Positions 27,141 through 36,448 of a stretch of 64,000 bases of DNA are shown piece by piece. A program made the translations under genes and the position numbers. Position 1 is the first letter of the stretch, and each line of letters starts with the position of its first letter. Where the stretch lies: NCBI GenBank assembly GCA_050253075.1, contig JBFWJS010000003.1:373458-437457 (forward strand), written 5' to 3'. This DNA is from Deferribacterales bacterium. GTDB taxonomy: Bacteria; Chrysiogenota; Deferribacteres; Deferribacterales; Geovibrionaceae. The notes below the pieces were generated by a model. It made no database searches, was not told where the DNA came from, and saw only the letters and a list, made by a program, of their open reading frames with translations.

Positions 27141-29471
27141 ATGAAGCTTTCCGGTATGAATCTGAGTCGTAGAAAATTTCTTGCGGCTTCAGGCGGTGCA
27201 GTCGCTGCAGGGGTATTCGCTGCGAATCTTACTACCTTTAAAGCAGTGGCCAGCGATGGTCATGCGCCCGCACCTACTGGTGAAAAAGGCGAAAAGCACA
27301 TCGCATCCTCATGTGAGATGTGTGTAAACAAATGCGGCTTTTACGCCCATGTTGTTGACGGCAGAGTTAAGAAACTTAACCCAAACCCAAAGTTCTTCAA
27401 AAGCCGTGCTATGCTCTGTGCACGTGGTAACGCCGGTGCTGAAGAGCCTTACAACCCAGAGAGACTTACAACTCCTCTCCTCAGAGTAGGCGAGAGAGGC
27501 GAAGGTAAATGGAAAAAGATATCTTACGATGAAGCTTTCAAAATCCTCGCTGAGAAACTTGCTGAAAACAAGGTTAAGCATGAGAACAGATCTTCTGTAC
27601 TCTTCGCATCTTCCGAAGGTTTTCAGGAAGAGTGTTTCCACTACCTTGTGCAGTCTTACGGTTCTACTAACACCGTCAGACACCCCACTCTGTGTCTTTC
27701 ATCCGTAATTCAGGGTTGGTCTTCTGTTTACGGTGTTTTCCCTGATGCAGATATGCACAACGCTATGTTCGCTGTTATGTTCGGTGCTAACAGAGCTGAA
27801 GCTATCGTTACACCTGACACAATAGATATTCAGAAGAACAGACCGAAAGGTCAGCAGATCGTTTACCTTGACCCTAGATTTACTGCTACAGCTGCTAAAG
27901 CTGACAAGTGGTATCCTATCAAGCCTGGTACCGACCTCGCTTTCGTTCTCGCTCTTATCAACGTAATCATTACTGAGAAACTCTACAACGAGTCTTTCGT
28001 AAACCAATACACACACGGCTTCGACGAACTCGTAGCACACATCAAACAGTACACTCCTGAGTGGGCTGAGAATGAGACAGAGATTTCAGCTGCTGAGATC
28101 TACTGGACAGCTAGAGAATTCGCTAAGTATGCTCCACGTTCTATCGCATACCCTGGCCGTAGAACAAGCTGGTACGTGAACGACGTTTACTTCCGTCGTG
28201 CCTGCGCCATCCTTACAGCTATCTGCGGATGCTGGGATACAGAAGGCGGCATATGCCCTAAAGCTGGCGCTCCTATTAAGAACAAAGATCTTCTCTTCCC
28301 ATACTTCGAAATGTCTGAAGGCAGAATCGATGTCGGTTCATACGGCGAGTTCGATAACCACATGCCTGACGATGCCAGAAAAGAGCAGGGTCTTCCTAAA
28401 GATTCTTGTACATACGTTTCTGAGAAAGACGGCTCTTGGCTGCGCCTCAGAGAAGCTATCCTCAGAGGTACAGGCTACCCTGTGGATATGATGGTTATCT
28501 ACAAGCAAAACTTCATCGAAGCTGTTCCTAACAGACAGAAGACAATGAAGATGATAGACAAGATGAACTTCATCTGTGCTATCGATATCCAGATGACAGA
28601 GGTTGCTCACTTTGCTGACCTCGTTATCCCAGAGTCCACATACCTTGAGCGTTGGGACTCTGTACACTCACTCGCAGGTATCTGGCCGATCGCAACATTC
28701 CGTCAGCCTGTTGTTGAGCCTGTATTCAAGACTAAGTCCATGTTCGAGATCGCAGCAGGCGTTGTTAACGAAATGCTGAAGATCCCTGAGCTTTGGGACG
28801 ATGCTGATGAGATGGAAGTTGACGATTTCAAATCTGAGATCGTAGACGGAATGCTCAACAAGCCTATGTCTGAATACATCAAATACCAGCTTTCCGGTCA
28901 CCCCGGTGCTTACGAGCAGATGATGAAAGAAGGCGTCTTCTACATGTCTGACAAGCCTAAATACGGCAACACACGTAAGCCTGGTTTCAGATTTAAGACA
29001 AGAACAGGTAAAATAGAGCTTGCTAACGTTAAATACCCAGGCGAAGGTCTTGATGCGCTTCCAACATACGCAGCGCCTCGTCAGCCTGAACCGGGTAAAT
29101 TCCGTTTCATACTCGGCCGTCACGGATGGAACACACACTCCGGTACACAGAACAACGAGTTCCTCTGGGAAATCCAGAAGGTCAACACTCTCTGGATCAA
29201 CACAGTTTCTGCTAAGAAACTCGGCATAATGAACGGAGACAAAGTAAAGGTTAAGTCAAGTGTCGGTGAGCAAGAGATCGAAGCTTACGTGACAGAGAAG
29301 ATACGCCCTGACTGCGTATTCTACGCTCACGGTTTCGGACGTCTCTCTCCACAGCTTAGCCTTGTGTACAAAAAAGGTGCTTCACAGGCAGAGATCCTCG
29401 AAGATTACATCGAGCCAATCTCTGGTAACGCTGCTCTGCACGAAACATTTGTAACAATCACTAAGGCTTAA
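27141..29471 (+). CDS. molybdopterin oxidoreductase catalytic subunit, PsrA/PhsA/SrrA clade
   Basis: Tat SRRKFL; CEMCVNKC...LCARG [4Fe-4S]; HPTLC (Cys Mo ligand); 776 aa. Confidence 0.88.
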   Translation: MKLSGMNLSRRKFLAASGGAVAAGVFAANLTTFKAVASDGHAPAPTGEKGEKHIASSCEMCVNKCGFYAHVVDGRVKKLNPNPKFFKSRAMLCARGNAGAEEPYNPERLTTPLLRVGERGEGKWKKISYDEAFKILAEKLAENKVKHENRSSVLFASSEGFQEECFHYLVQSYGSTNTVRHPTLCLSSVIQGWSSVYGVFPDADMHNAMFAVMFGANRAEAIVTPDTIDIQKNRPKGQQIVYLDPRFTATAAKADKWYPIKPGTDLAFVLALINVIITEKLYNESFVNQYTHGFDELVAHIKQYTPEWAENETEISAAEIYWTAREFAKYAPRSIAYPGRRTSWYVNDVYFRRACAILTAICGCWDTEGGICPKAGAPIKNKDLLFPYFEMSEGRIDVGSYGEFDNHMPDDARKEQGLPKDSCTYVSEKDGSWLRLREAILRGTGYPVDMMVIYKQNFIEAVPNRQKTMKMIDKMNFICAIDIQMTEVAHFADLVIPESTYLERWDSVHSLAGIWPIATFRQPVVEPVFKTKSMFEIAAGVVNEMLKIPELWDDADEMEVDDFKSEIVDGMLNKPMSEYIKYQLSGHPGAYEQMMKEGVFYMSDKPKYGNTRKPGFRFKTRTGKIELANVKYPGEGLDALPTYAAPRQPEPGKFRFILGRHGWNTHSGTQNNEFLWEIQKVNTLWINTVSAKKLGIMNGDKVKVKSSVGEQEIEAYVTEKIRPDCVFYAHGFGRLSPQLSLVYKKGASQAEILEDYIEPISGNAALHETFVTITKA

Positions 29472-29482
29472 CGGAGGCAACA

Positions 29483-30037
29483 ATGAGCGAAAAGAAATAC
29501 GGAATTGTATTAGATGCTAGAAAATGCCTGAACTGTAAAGCATGTACTGTTGCCTGCAAATTCGAAAACGGCGTTCACCCCGGTGACGACTCATACAGAA
29601 TTTGGGTCACAGAAAAGCCTGTTCAGGGAACTTTTCCTAACCTCAGCATGGAATTTGAGCCATCTCAGTGCCAGCACTGTGAAAATACACCTTGTGCGAC
29701 AGTATGTCCTACTTCTGCTACTTACAAGACAGAAGAGGGCGTTGTACTCATCGACTACAAAAAGTGTATCCTTTGCAAGGCTTGTATGACAGCATGTCCA
29801 TACGATGCGAGATTCGACTCTCATGCACACCATGCAATAGAAAAATGTACACTCTGCTACCACAGACTGGCTGAAGGCAGAGAGCCTGCATGTGTTGAAA
29901 CATGCCCAACGAAGGTACGTACATTCGGCGATCTTAACGATCCAAACTCAGAAGTAGCAAAACTCAAAGGCGAGAACCACACTTACCAGCTTAAAGCTGA
30001 TAAAGGCACTCACCCTAGACTTTTCTACATCAAGTAA
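29483..30037 (+). CDS. 4x[4Fe-4S] electron-transfer subunit (PsrB/NrfC-like)
   Basis: CLNCKACTVAC, CQHC...C...CP, CILCKACMTACP, CTLC...C...CP. Confidence 0.93.
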   Translation: MSEKKYGIVLDARKCLNCKACTVACKFENGVHPGDDSYRIWVTEKPVQGTFPNLSMEFEPSQCQHCENTPCATVCPTSATYKTEEGVVLIDYKKCILCKACMTACPYDARFDSHAHHAIEKCTLCYHRLAEGREPACVETCPTKVRTFGDLNDPNSEVAKLKGENHTYQLKADKGTHPRLFYIK

Positions 30038-30052
30038 GGCGGAGGATTAATA

Positions 30053-31264
30053 ATGTCAGCACACGCAGAAACAAAGAAAAGCCCACTCGCTGGACTTATC
30101 ACTTACAATAAAGATATTCCTGTAATGCCGCTTATTTTTCTCGGCCTTGTACTCGCAGGAATAGGCGCTGTCACAGCCCTTATGGTTTTCATAAAGGGTC
30201 ACGGCGAAATGTATGGAGTTACACGTCAGGTTCCATGGGGAATGCTCATCGGTACTTACGCTTACTTCGTAATTACATCTACAGGTCTCGCTTTCATAGG
30301 CGGTCTCGGACACGCTTTCGGATTTGAGGCTTATAACAAAATAAGCAGAAGAATCGTTGTACTTGCTACATTCGTTCTTCTCGCAGGTTTCACACAGATC
30401 CTTATGGAGATCGGACACCCTATCAGAATGATCATCTACATGATGCTCTCTCCAAACCTGAAAGCTCCGATCCTCTGGATGGGTGTGTTCTACTCTATCG
30501 AGCTTGTTATCCTTGCTCTTGAGCTTCTGGTTGTTTTCAAAGCTCACCCGACAGAGAAGGATCACAAAATGGCTGGTATCCTCGGATTCCTCGCACTTGT
30601 AGTGGGTACACTCGCTACATCTAACCTTGGTTTCGTTTTCGGTTCTCTGAATGCAAGACCTTGGTTCCACGGAATCTACTTCTCCACATTCCTTGTAATA
30701 TCAGGTATCGTGGCTGGAGCCGGTCTCCTTATGCTCGTACACAACATCGTCTACAAGTTCAACGTACCTGCTGAACTCGACAAGACAATGAAAGCCCTCG
30801 CTAAGCTCATGGGCGGCGGTATAGGCATGATGGCATTCCTTTACCTCTGGAAGATACTTACATCTCTGTTCAATGCTCCTCTCGGCGCATACGAGTCAGT
30901 TATGGCACTTATCTCCGGCCCGCTTGCTGTAAACTTCTGGGTAGGCGAGATGGGACTTGCTATCATAGTTCCGCTTCTTCTCCTTATCGTAGCCAAAGGC
31001 AACACAAAGATATACGGCCTCGCAGGTCTTATCTACATGGTTGGTCTTTTCTTCACAAGATTTGACTTTATCGTTGCCGGCCAGCTCCCTGTAATGAGAG
31101 AAGGCTTCGAAGGTTCTAACGTTATAACTGACGCTAGCGGCCTTGCTCAGTACACAGCATCAGCAGGTGAGTGGGGAATATTCCTGCTCGGTATAGGTAC
31201 TGCACTAGTGCTCTATTTCGCAGCTGAGAAATTCCTTGATCTCAAAACACCTGAGCATCATTAA
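30053..31264 (+). CDS. NrfD/PsrC-family membrane anchor
   Basis: VPWG..I..Y.YF, EIGHP.R, polytopic, RFDFIVAGQ. Confidence 0.9.
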   Translation: MSAHAETKKSPLAGLITYNKDIPVMPLIFLGLVLAGIGAVTALMVFIKGHGEMYGVTRQVPWGMLIGTYAYFVITSTGLAFIGGLGHAFGFEAYNKISRRIVVLATFVLLAGFTQILMEIGHPIRMIIYMMLSPNLKAPILWMGVFYSIELVILALELLVVFKAHPTEKDHKMAGILGFLALVVGTLATSNLGFVFGSLNARPWFHGIYFSTFLVISGIVAGAGLLMLVHNIVYKFNVPAELDKTMKALAKLMGGGIGMMAFLYLWKILTSLFNAPLGAYESVMALISGPLAVNFWVGEMGLAIIVPLLLLIVAKGNTKIYGLAGLIYMVGLFFTRFDFIVAGQLPVMREGFEGSNVITDASGLAQYTASAGEWGIFLLGIGTALVLYFAAEKFLDLKTPEHH

Positions 31265-31286
31265 TAGCTAAAGCTATCAAACATAT

Positions 31287-31315
31287 AAGGCAGCCTTCGG
31301 GCTGCCTTTTTTTTT
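31287..31315 (+). terminator. intrinsic terminator
   Basis: AAGGCAGCC-TTCG-GGCTGCCTT plus T-run. Confidence 0.92.
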
Positions 31316-31332
31316 GCAAAAAATCTAGCAGA

Positions 31333-31376
31333 TTGTATACAATAAACATTGCACTAAGTATAATATGGTGTATAAT
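31333..31376 (+). promoter_or_regulatory. GTATAC operator abutting a sigma70 promoter
   Basis: TTGTATACAATAAACA, then TTGCAC-N16-TATAAT; extra CTGTATACAG at 31494-31503. Confidence 0.68.
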
Positions 31377-31563
31377 CAAACTGTTGTTGAAAATAATAAT
31401 CCGTGAGTGTGGATCTCTAAGCGATTGTTATTAAAACAATAATATGCAAGTATAGAGAAATATGAATACTCAAATATAAGAGTATTTGAATATCTGTATA
31501 CAGCGAATATAACATTGTTATAGGTAAAGTAGCAAGAATCATTAGAAACGTTGGAGGTTGTAT

Positions 31564-32751
31564 ATGCGTTTTATGAGCAGAATGCTTACTGTTGTTGCAC
31601 TTATGATTACCCTTATGGTGCTTGGTTGTGGTCAGGCAGCCAAAGAACCTGCGAAAGCAGCTCCTATGAGCGTAGCTGATCAAGCTAAGGCTGCTGGTTT
31701 TGAGATCGTTGATCTCGCAGAAGCTAAAATGATCGTTGGTAACGGAGTATGGGACAAAGCAAGAGGTACTCTTGTTGATGCTCGTCCAGAAAGAAAATTC
31801 GACGAAGGTCACATCCCTACATCTAAACTTATCCCAGATACAAAATTCGATGAATTCTTCCCTGCATTTGCAAAAGAAGTCGGCACAGGTGACTATATCG
31901 TTACTTTCTGCGGCGGTCTTAAATGTGAGAAGTCTCTCATCGTAGCTGAGAAACTCAGAGAAAAAGGTTACAAGAACGTTAAGATATTCCTCGCCGGTCA
32001 GCCTGCTTGGAACAAATCCGGTTCTTACAACGAAGTTTCCCTTGCCGGTGCTCAGAAGCTCCACGCTAAAGGCGCAACTTTTATCGATGCACGCCCAGAG
32101 CGTAAGTTCAAAGGCGGCACAATACCTGGTTCTGTTGTAGTTCCAGATACAAAGTTTGACGCTTTCAAAGGCAACCTTCCTGCAGATAAAGCTGCTGTTG
32201 CAGTTCCTTTCTGTGGCGGTTACAAATGTGAGAAGTCTCACATCGTAGCTGAGAAGATGCTTGAAATGGGTTACACAAATATCCTCGTATACGCTGGCGG
32301 AGAGCCAGAGTGGAAAGCTGCCGGTCTTCCTATAGCTCCTGGCGGCGAAGCTCCTGTTGCTAAGAAAGAAGTTGCTGCTTCTACTGCAGGTTATCCTGTT
32401 GAAGAGCCTGGCATCATCAAAACTGACTTCTTCATCGCTAGCATCCTTGATCCTGCTACACGTCCGGCTAACGTAACAATCGTTGACGTACGTAACGACA
32501 ACGAAGTAGCTGCAGGCAAGATCCCCGGTTCACTCCATGTTTCTTCTAAAGAAACAGCTAACGGTTGTGACGCTTTCCTCGCTAAAATGCCAAAAGAAGG
32601 CAACGTGATCTTCCACTGTGCTTCCGGCGGTAGAGCAGGAGAGACTTACTTCTTCCTCGCTGACGATTGCAAACCTGCAGACATCAGCAGATACTACTTC
32701 CTTGATGCTGGCGTTAACTGTGACAGCCAGCCATGTAAAATCGGTAACTAA
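31564..32751 (+). CDS. three-domain rhodanese (sulfurtransferase) lipoprotein
   Basis: lipobox VLGC; DARP..GHIP; two FCGGxKCEKS loops; third domain DVR..GKIPG..HCASGGRA. Confidence 0.9.
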   Translation: MRFMSRMLTVVALMITLMVLGCGQAAKEPAKAAPMSVADQAKAAGFEIVDLAEAKMIVGNGVWDKARGTLVDARPERKFDEGHIPTSKLIPDTKFDEFFPAFAKEVGTGDYIVTFCGGLKCEKSLIVAEKLREKGYKNVKIFLAGQPAWNKSGSYNEVSLAGAQKLHAKGATFIDARPERKFKGGTIPGSVVVPDTKFDAFKGNLPADKAAVAVPFCGGYKCEKSHIVAEKMLEMGYTNILVYAGGEPEWKAAGLPIAPGGEAPVAKKEVAASTAGYPVEEPGIIKTDFFIASILDPATRPANVTIVDVRNDNEVAAGKIPGSLHVSSKETANGCDAFLAKMPKEGNVIFHCASGGRAGETYFFLADDCKPADISRYYFLDAGVNCDSQPCKIGN

Positions 32752-32771
32752 TCGATTTAATCGCTAGATAT

Positions 32772-32802
32772 AAAAAGCCCGCTCTTTTGAGCGGGCTTTT
32801 TT
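32772..32802. terminator. bidirectional intrinsic terminator
   Basis: AAAAAGCCCGCTC-TTTT-GAGCGGGCTTTTTT between convergent genes. Confidence 0.9.
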
Positions 32803-32818
32803 GTTTGGGAGGGTAGTA

Positions 32819-33805
32819 TCAGGCGTTCAGGGTTCCCATGAATTCTTCGGGATATCTCAGCCCCTGAACTTTATTTATGTCAATTATAGATTCCATCTTT
32901 GCCACCTGTTCAGGTGTAAGGTTTATTTCTGCAGATCCTATATTATCCAGCAGGTATTTCAAGCGTTTGGTCCCCGGTATAGGGAGTATGTCTTTGCCCT
33001 TTGCCAGAGTCCATGCAATGGCGAGCTGTGCAGGCTTATGCCTGAGTTCCTCGGCGTATTTCTTGAACTCTTCCACCATTCGGTAGTTCTCTGCTATGTT
33101 CTCTTCTTTGAATCTGGGGCTGAATCTTCTGTAGTCGCCTTCGGGGAAGTCCTCGACCTTTGCGAATGTACCAGTGAGGAATCCTCTGCCGAGAGGGCTG
33201 TATGCCACAAGGCTGATGCCGAGCTCTCTGCATGTGTCGAGTATCCCGCCTTCGATATCACGTGTCCAGAGGGAATACTCTGTCTGTAATGCCGAAATAG
33301 GGTGTACCTTTGCAGCTTTCTTTATTGTTTCTGAGCCCATTTCGGAAAGTCCGAGGTATCTAACCTTACCTGCTTTCACAAGCTCTGCCATAGCACCGAC
33401 AGATTCCTCTATGTCTACGTTCGGGTCTTTCCTGTGCTGGTAGTAGAGGTCTATGGTTTCCACACCGAGCCTCTTGAGACTGGCGTCACATGCCTTTTTG
33501 ATGTATTCGGGTGTTCCGCATATGCCTCTTTCGCCTGTTTCGGCGTTTCTGGTTATGCCGAACTTAGTAGCGAGCACAATGCTGTCACGCTTCCCTTTTA
33601 TGGCTTTTCCGACAAGTTCTTCGTTTTTGCCTATGCCGTACATGTCTGCGGTGTCAAGGAGCGTAGAACCCCTTTCTATGGCTTCGTGTATAACTTTTAT
33701 AGATTCTTCGTCGTCGCCTGCTCCGTAGAACTCGCTCATTCCCATACAGCCCAGTCCGACAGCGCCTGCCTCGAGACCGTGAGTGCCGATTTTTCTGCTC
33801 TCCAT
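32819..33805 (-). CDS. aldo/keto reductase
   Basis: GLGCMGMS, DTADMYG, LATKFG, IDLYYQHR, YSPLGRG, PIPGT; ATG 33805 after GGAGG. Confidence 0.95.
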   Translation of the reverse strand: MESRKIGTHGLEAGAVGLGCMGMSEFYGAGDDEESIKVIHEAIERGSTLLDTADMYGIGKNEELVGKAIKGKRDSIVLATKFGITRNAETGERGICGTPEYIKKACDASLKRLGVETIDLYYQHRKDPNVDIEESVGAMAELVKAGKVRYLGLSEMGSETIKKAAKVHPISALQTEYSLWTRDIEGGILDTCRELGISLVAYSPLGRGFLTGTFAKVEDFPEGDYRRFSPRFKEENIAENYRMVEEFKKYAEELRHKPAQLAIAWTLAKGKDILPIPGTKRLKYLLDNIGSAEINLTPEQVAKMESIIDINKVQGLRYPEEFMGTLNA

Positions 33806-33828
33806 GTGTGCCTCCTTAGTTTGTAAAC

Positions 33829-33844
33829 TACACTGTATAGTGTA
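33829..33844. promoter_or_regulatory. probable TetR operator
   Basis: TACACT-GTAT-AGTGTA palindrome overlapping the -10 of a minus-strand TTGACT-N16-TACACT promoter. Confidence 0.6.
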
Positions 33845-33929
33845 ATCTTTGCCGTGCATAAGTCAAGTTAAATATTTATGTCGATTTTTTTTAATATATT
33901 ACATATACTTATAATCACTAGAGGTGAAA

Positions 33930-34544
33930 ATGTCAGATCAAAGATGCTGTAAACTTTCGGAAAAAAAGCGTGAAGATATCCTCGATGCTGCCTCACGTCT
34001 TTTTCTGGATAAGGGGTACGGCAATGTTTCAATGGATGAGGTAGCTCAGAAGGCAAACGTCTCAAAACGTACGGTATACAACCATTTCGCATCGAAAGAG
34101 ATACTCTTCGGCGAGATAGTGCGCCTTACATGGGACGGGATAGCCCAGCCTCTCCTTATACTTGATGACAAGGACGATATCAGAAATGTTCTGAAATCCT
34201 ACACTCTCAATGCGCTGAAAATGCTCCGTTCAGAGAAATTCAGCAAAATGCTCCGCCTTGTGATAGGCGAATCGGGCAATTTCCCCGAGCTCAGCAGTTT
34301 GTATTCCGAGCATGGGGTAAAGACCATCCTCTCCAGCATCGAGGAATACTTCATAGCCCTGAACGATACGGGCAAGCTGAAGATACCTGAGCCGGCCTTA
34401 GCAGCTCAGCAGTATGTAGGAATGGTGAAAGAATCCCTCTTCTGGCCGGTGCTTTTGGGTGTGTTTAAACAGCCGACGCCGGAGCGCGACATCCAGGTAA
34501 TAGATGCCGCCATCGACATTATCTATCAGATATATTCTATTTAA
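33930..34544 (+). CDS. TetR/AcrR family regulator
   Basis: F...GY..VSMDEVA..ANVSKRTVYNHF.SKE. Confidence 0.95.
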   Translation: MSDQRCCKLSEKKREDILDAASRLFLDKGYGNVSMDEVAQKANVSKRTVYNHFASKEILFGEIVRLTWDGIAQPLLILDDKDDIRNVLKSYTLNALKMLRSEKFSKMLRLVIGESGNFPELSSLYSEHGVKTILSSIEEYFIALNDTGKLKIPEPALAAQQYVGMVKESLFWPVLLGVFKQPTPERDIQVIDAAIDIIYQIYSI

Positions 34545-35661
34545 ATACCGAAAGAAAAACACCCGCAGCAATAGCACTCCCTATAACACCGGCGACGTTT
34601 GGCGCCATTGCGTGCATTATGAGGAAGTTGTTCGGGTCTTCCTTTGCGCCTACCACCTGACAAACTCTCGCTGAGTCGGGCACGGCGGATACTCCTGCGG
34701 CTCCGATGATGGGGTTCACAGGCTTTTTGCTCACCCAGTTCATCACCTTCGCAGCAAGCACTCCCGATGCAGTCGCCACACAGAACGACCCCGCCCCCAG
34801 CGCAAATATCTTTATGGAATCAGGCGTGAGAAATCTGCTGGCATCCGTGCTGAGCCCCACAGTGAAGCCGAGCAGTATGGTGACTATGTCTATCAGTGCG
34901 GCTCTGGCCGTGTTCGCCAGCCTTTCTGTCACTCCGCATTCCTTCAGCAGATTGCCGAAGAACAGCATACCGAGGAGCGTTATCGCACCCGGTGCTATGA
35001 GGGTGGTCAGGGTGAATGCAACTATTGGGAACATAATTCGTAGACGTTTGCTCACAGGCTTCGAAGGCTGCATGCGGATAAGGCGTTCCTTCTTAGTGGT
35101 TAACAGCTTTATTATCGGCGGCTGTATAACAGGCACGAGAGCCATGTATGAATACGCCGCAATGGCTATCGCACCGAGGTAGTCTGGCGCCATCTTACTG
35201 GATAGGAATATAGCCGTCGGACCGTCAGCACCGCCTATGATGCCTATGGCGGCGGCATGTTCTGTGCTGAAGCCGAGGTATATAGAGCCGATGAATGTTA
35301 TGAATATGCCAAACTGTGCCGCTGCGCCCAGTATTATAAGGCGTGGGTTAGACAGCATGCATGAGAAGTCTGTCATGGCTCCGATGCCGAGGAATATCAG
35401 AGGAGGGTAAAAGCCCTGTGATACACCCTGATACAGTATCGAAAACACACTGCCTGCCTCGTATACGCCGATGTTCAGCCCCGGTGCATAGGGGATATTA
35501 CCCACGAGGATACCGAAGCCGATGGGCACGAGCAGGAGCGGTTCGTAGTCTTTCTTTATAGCCAGATACAGGAAGATGCATGCGACGGTCATCATGAGCA
35601 GGTTCCCCAGACTCAGGTTTCCGAATGCGCCCCCCTGTAGAAACTGTAATATTATGTCCAT
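34537..35661 (-). CDS. mmdB: Na+-transporting decarboxylase beta subunit (OadB/MmdB)
   Basis: EPLLLVPIGFG, IIGGADGPT, AYSYMALVP, AGVSAVP. Confidence 0.9.
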   Translation of the reverse strand: MDIILQFLQGGAFGNLSLGNLLMMTVACIFLYLAIKKDYEPLLLVPIGFGILVGNIPYAPGLNIGVYEAGSVFSILYQGVSQGFYPPLIFLGIGAMTDFSCMLSNPRLIILGAAAQFGIFITFIGSIYLGFSTEHAAAIGIIGGADGPTAIFLSSKMAPDYLGAIAIAAYSYMALVPVIQPPIIKLLTTKKERLIRMQPSKPVSKRLRIMFPIVAFTLTTLIAPGAITLLGMLFFGNLLKECGVTERLANTARAALIDIVTILLGFTVGLSTDASRFLTPDSIKIFALGAGSFCVATASGVLAAKVMNWVSKKPVNPIIGAAGVSAVPDSARVCQVVGAKEDPNNFLIMHAMAPNVAGVIGSAIAAGVFLSVFK

Positions 35662-35664
35662 ATT

Positions 35665-36072
35665 TTACTCGTATTCTATGAGGGTTTGTCCTTCGCGGAT
35701 GTTGTCCCCTTTATTCACAGGTACTGCTTTCACTTTTCCGTCGGCGGGAGCCGCTATGGATGTCTTCATCTTCATAGCTTCCAGTATCATCACGATGTCT
35801 CCCTCTTTCACAACGTCCCCTGCGGAGCACTTAACCTCGAGCACGATACCTGCGATGGGGCTTGTGACGGCTCCGCTGGCATCGGCTGATGCCTTTGGTG
35901 AACGTGAAGGTGGCTTCGGCAGAGCAGAAGGCGATCTAACCTGTGAAGAGGCGTCCTGTGGCTGAGCCTGAGGCATATATGGGAGTGCGGTGGGATACAT
36001 ATCTCCGCCGTCGTCTAATACTTCAACATCTACTTCGTATGCGATACCGTGTACGGTTATTTTCAGCTTCAT
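35665..36072 (-). CDS. mmdC: biotin carboxyl carrier subunit
   Basis: EAMKM biotinylation site, Pro/Ala linker. Confidence 0.88.
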   Translation of the reverse strand: MKLKITVHGIAYEVDVEVLDDGGDMYPTALPYMPQAQPQDASSQVRSPSALPKPPSRSPKASADASGAVTSPIAGIVLEVKCSAGDVVKEGDIVMILEAMKMKTSIAAPADGKVKAVPVNKGDNIREGQTLIEYE

Positions 36073-36083
36073 ATATATCTCCG

Positions 36084-36437
36084 TTATTTCTCTGTTTTTA
36101 CATTTAATACGTGTGAGCCGTGGAGAACACTGCGTCCCTCCATTGTCCATCCTGCGATCTTAGCATCTCTGCTGACAACCCTGCGTACCGAGCGTATACG
36201 AAAGCTCCTCTGCTGCAGGGCTGCTGATGCGGCAGCGGATATCAGCACAAGGGTAAGGTTGTCTATGGTCTGCTCGGGTTCGGGCTCGGGTGCGTTTCTC
36301 GCTTCTTTCCTTTCGGTCATCTTTTCGTCTATGGTACGCATAAGGCTGATGGCAAAGGCGATGAGTATCAGCGATGCGAAAACAATCAGCATCCCCGCCA
36401 GACTCAGTTTTAGAGCGTAGTTTAACTCAGGTGTCAT
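36084..36437 (-). CDS. mmdD: OadG/MmdD-family small subunit
   Basis: GM.IVF..L TM segment, ISAA, W...GR. Confidence 0.8.
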   Translation of the reverse strand: MTPELNYALKLSLAGMLIVFASLILIAFAISLMRTIDEKMTERKEARNAPEPEPEQTIDNLTLVLISAAASAALQQRSFRIRSVRRVVSRDAKIAGWTMEGRSVLHGSHVLNVKTEK

Positions 36438-36448
36438 AATATCTTTCC

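Noticed and set aside
27141..29471. Arsenate reductase ArrA, nitrate reductase or Sec-containing formate dehydrogenase
   Set aside because: The CEMC cluster motif, Cys ligand context, length and NrfD partner fit the Psr/Phs/Srr clade; no in-frame TGA
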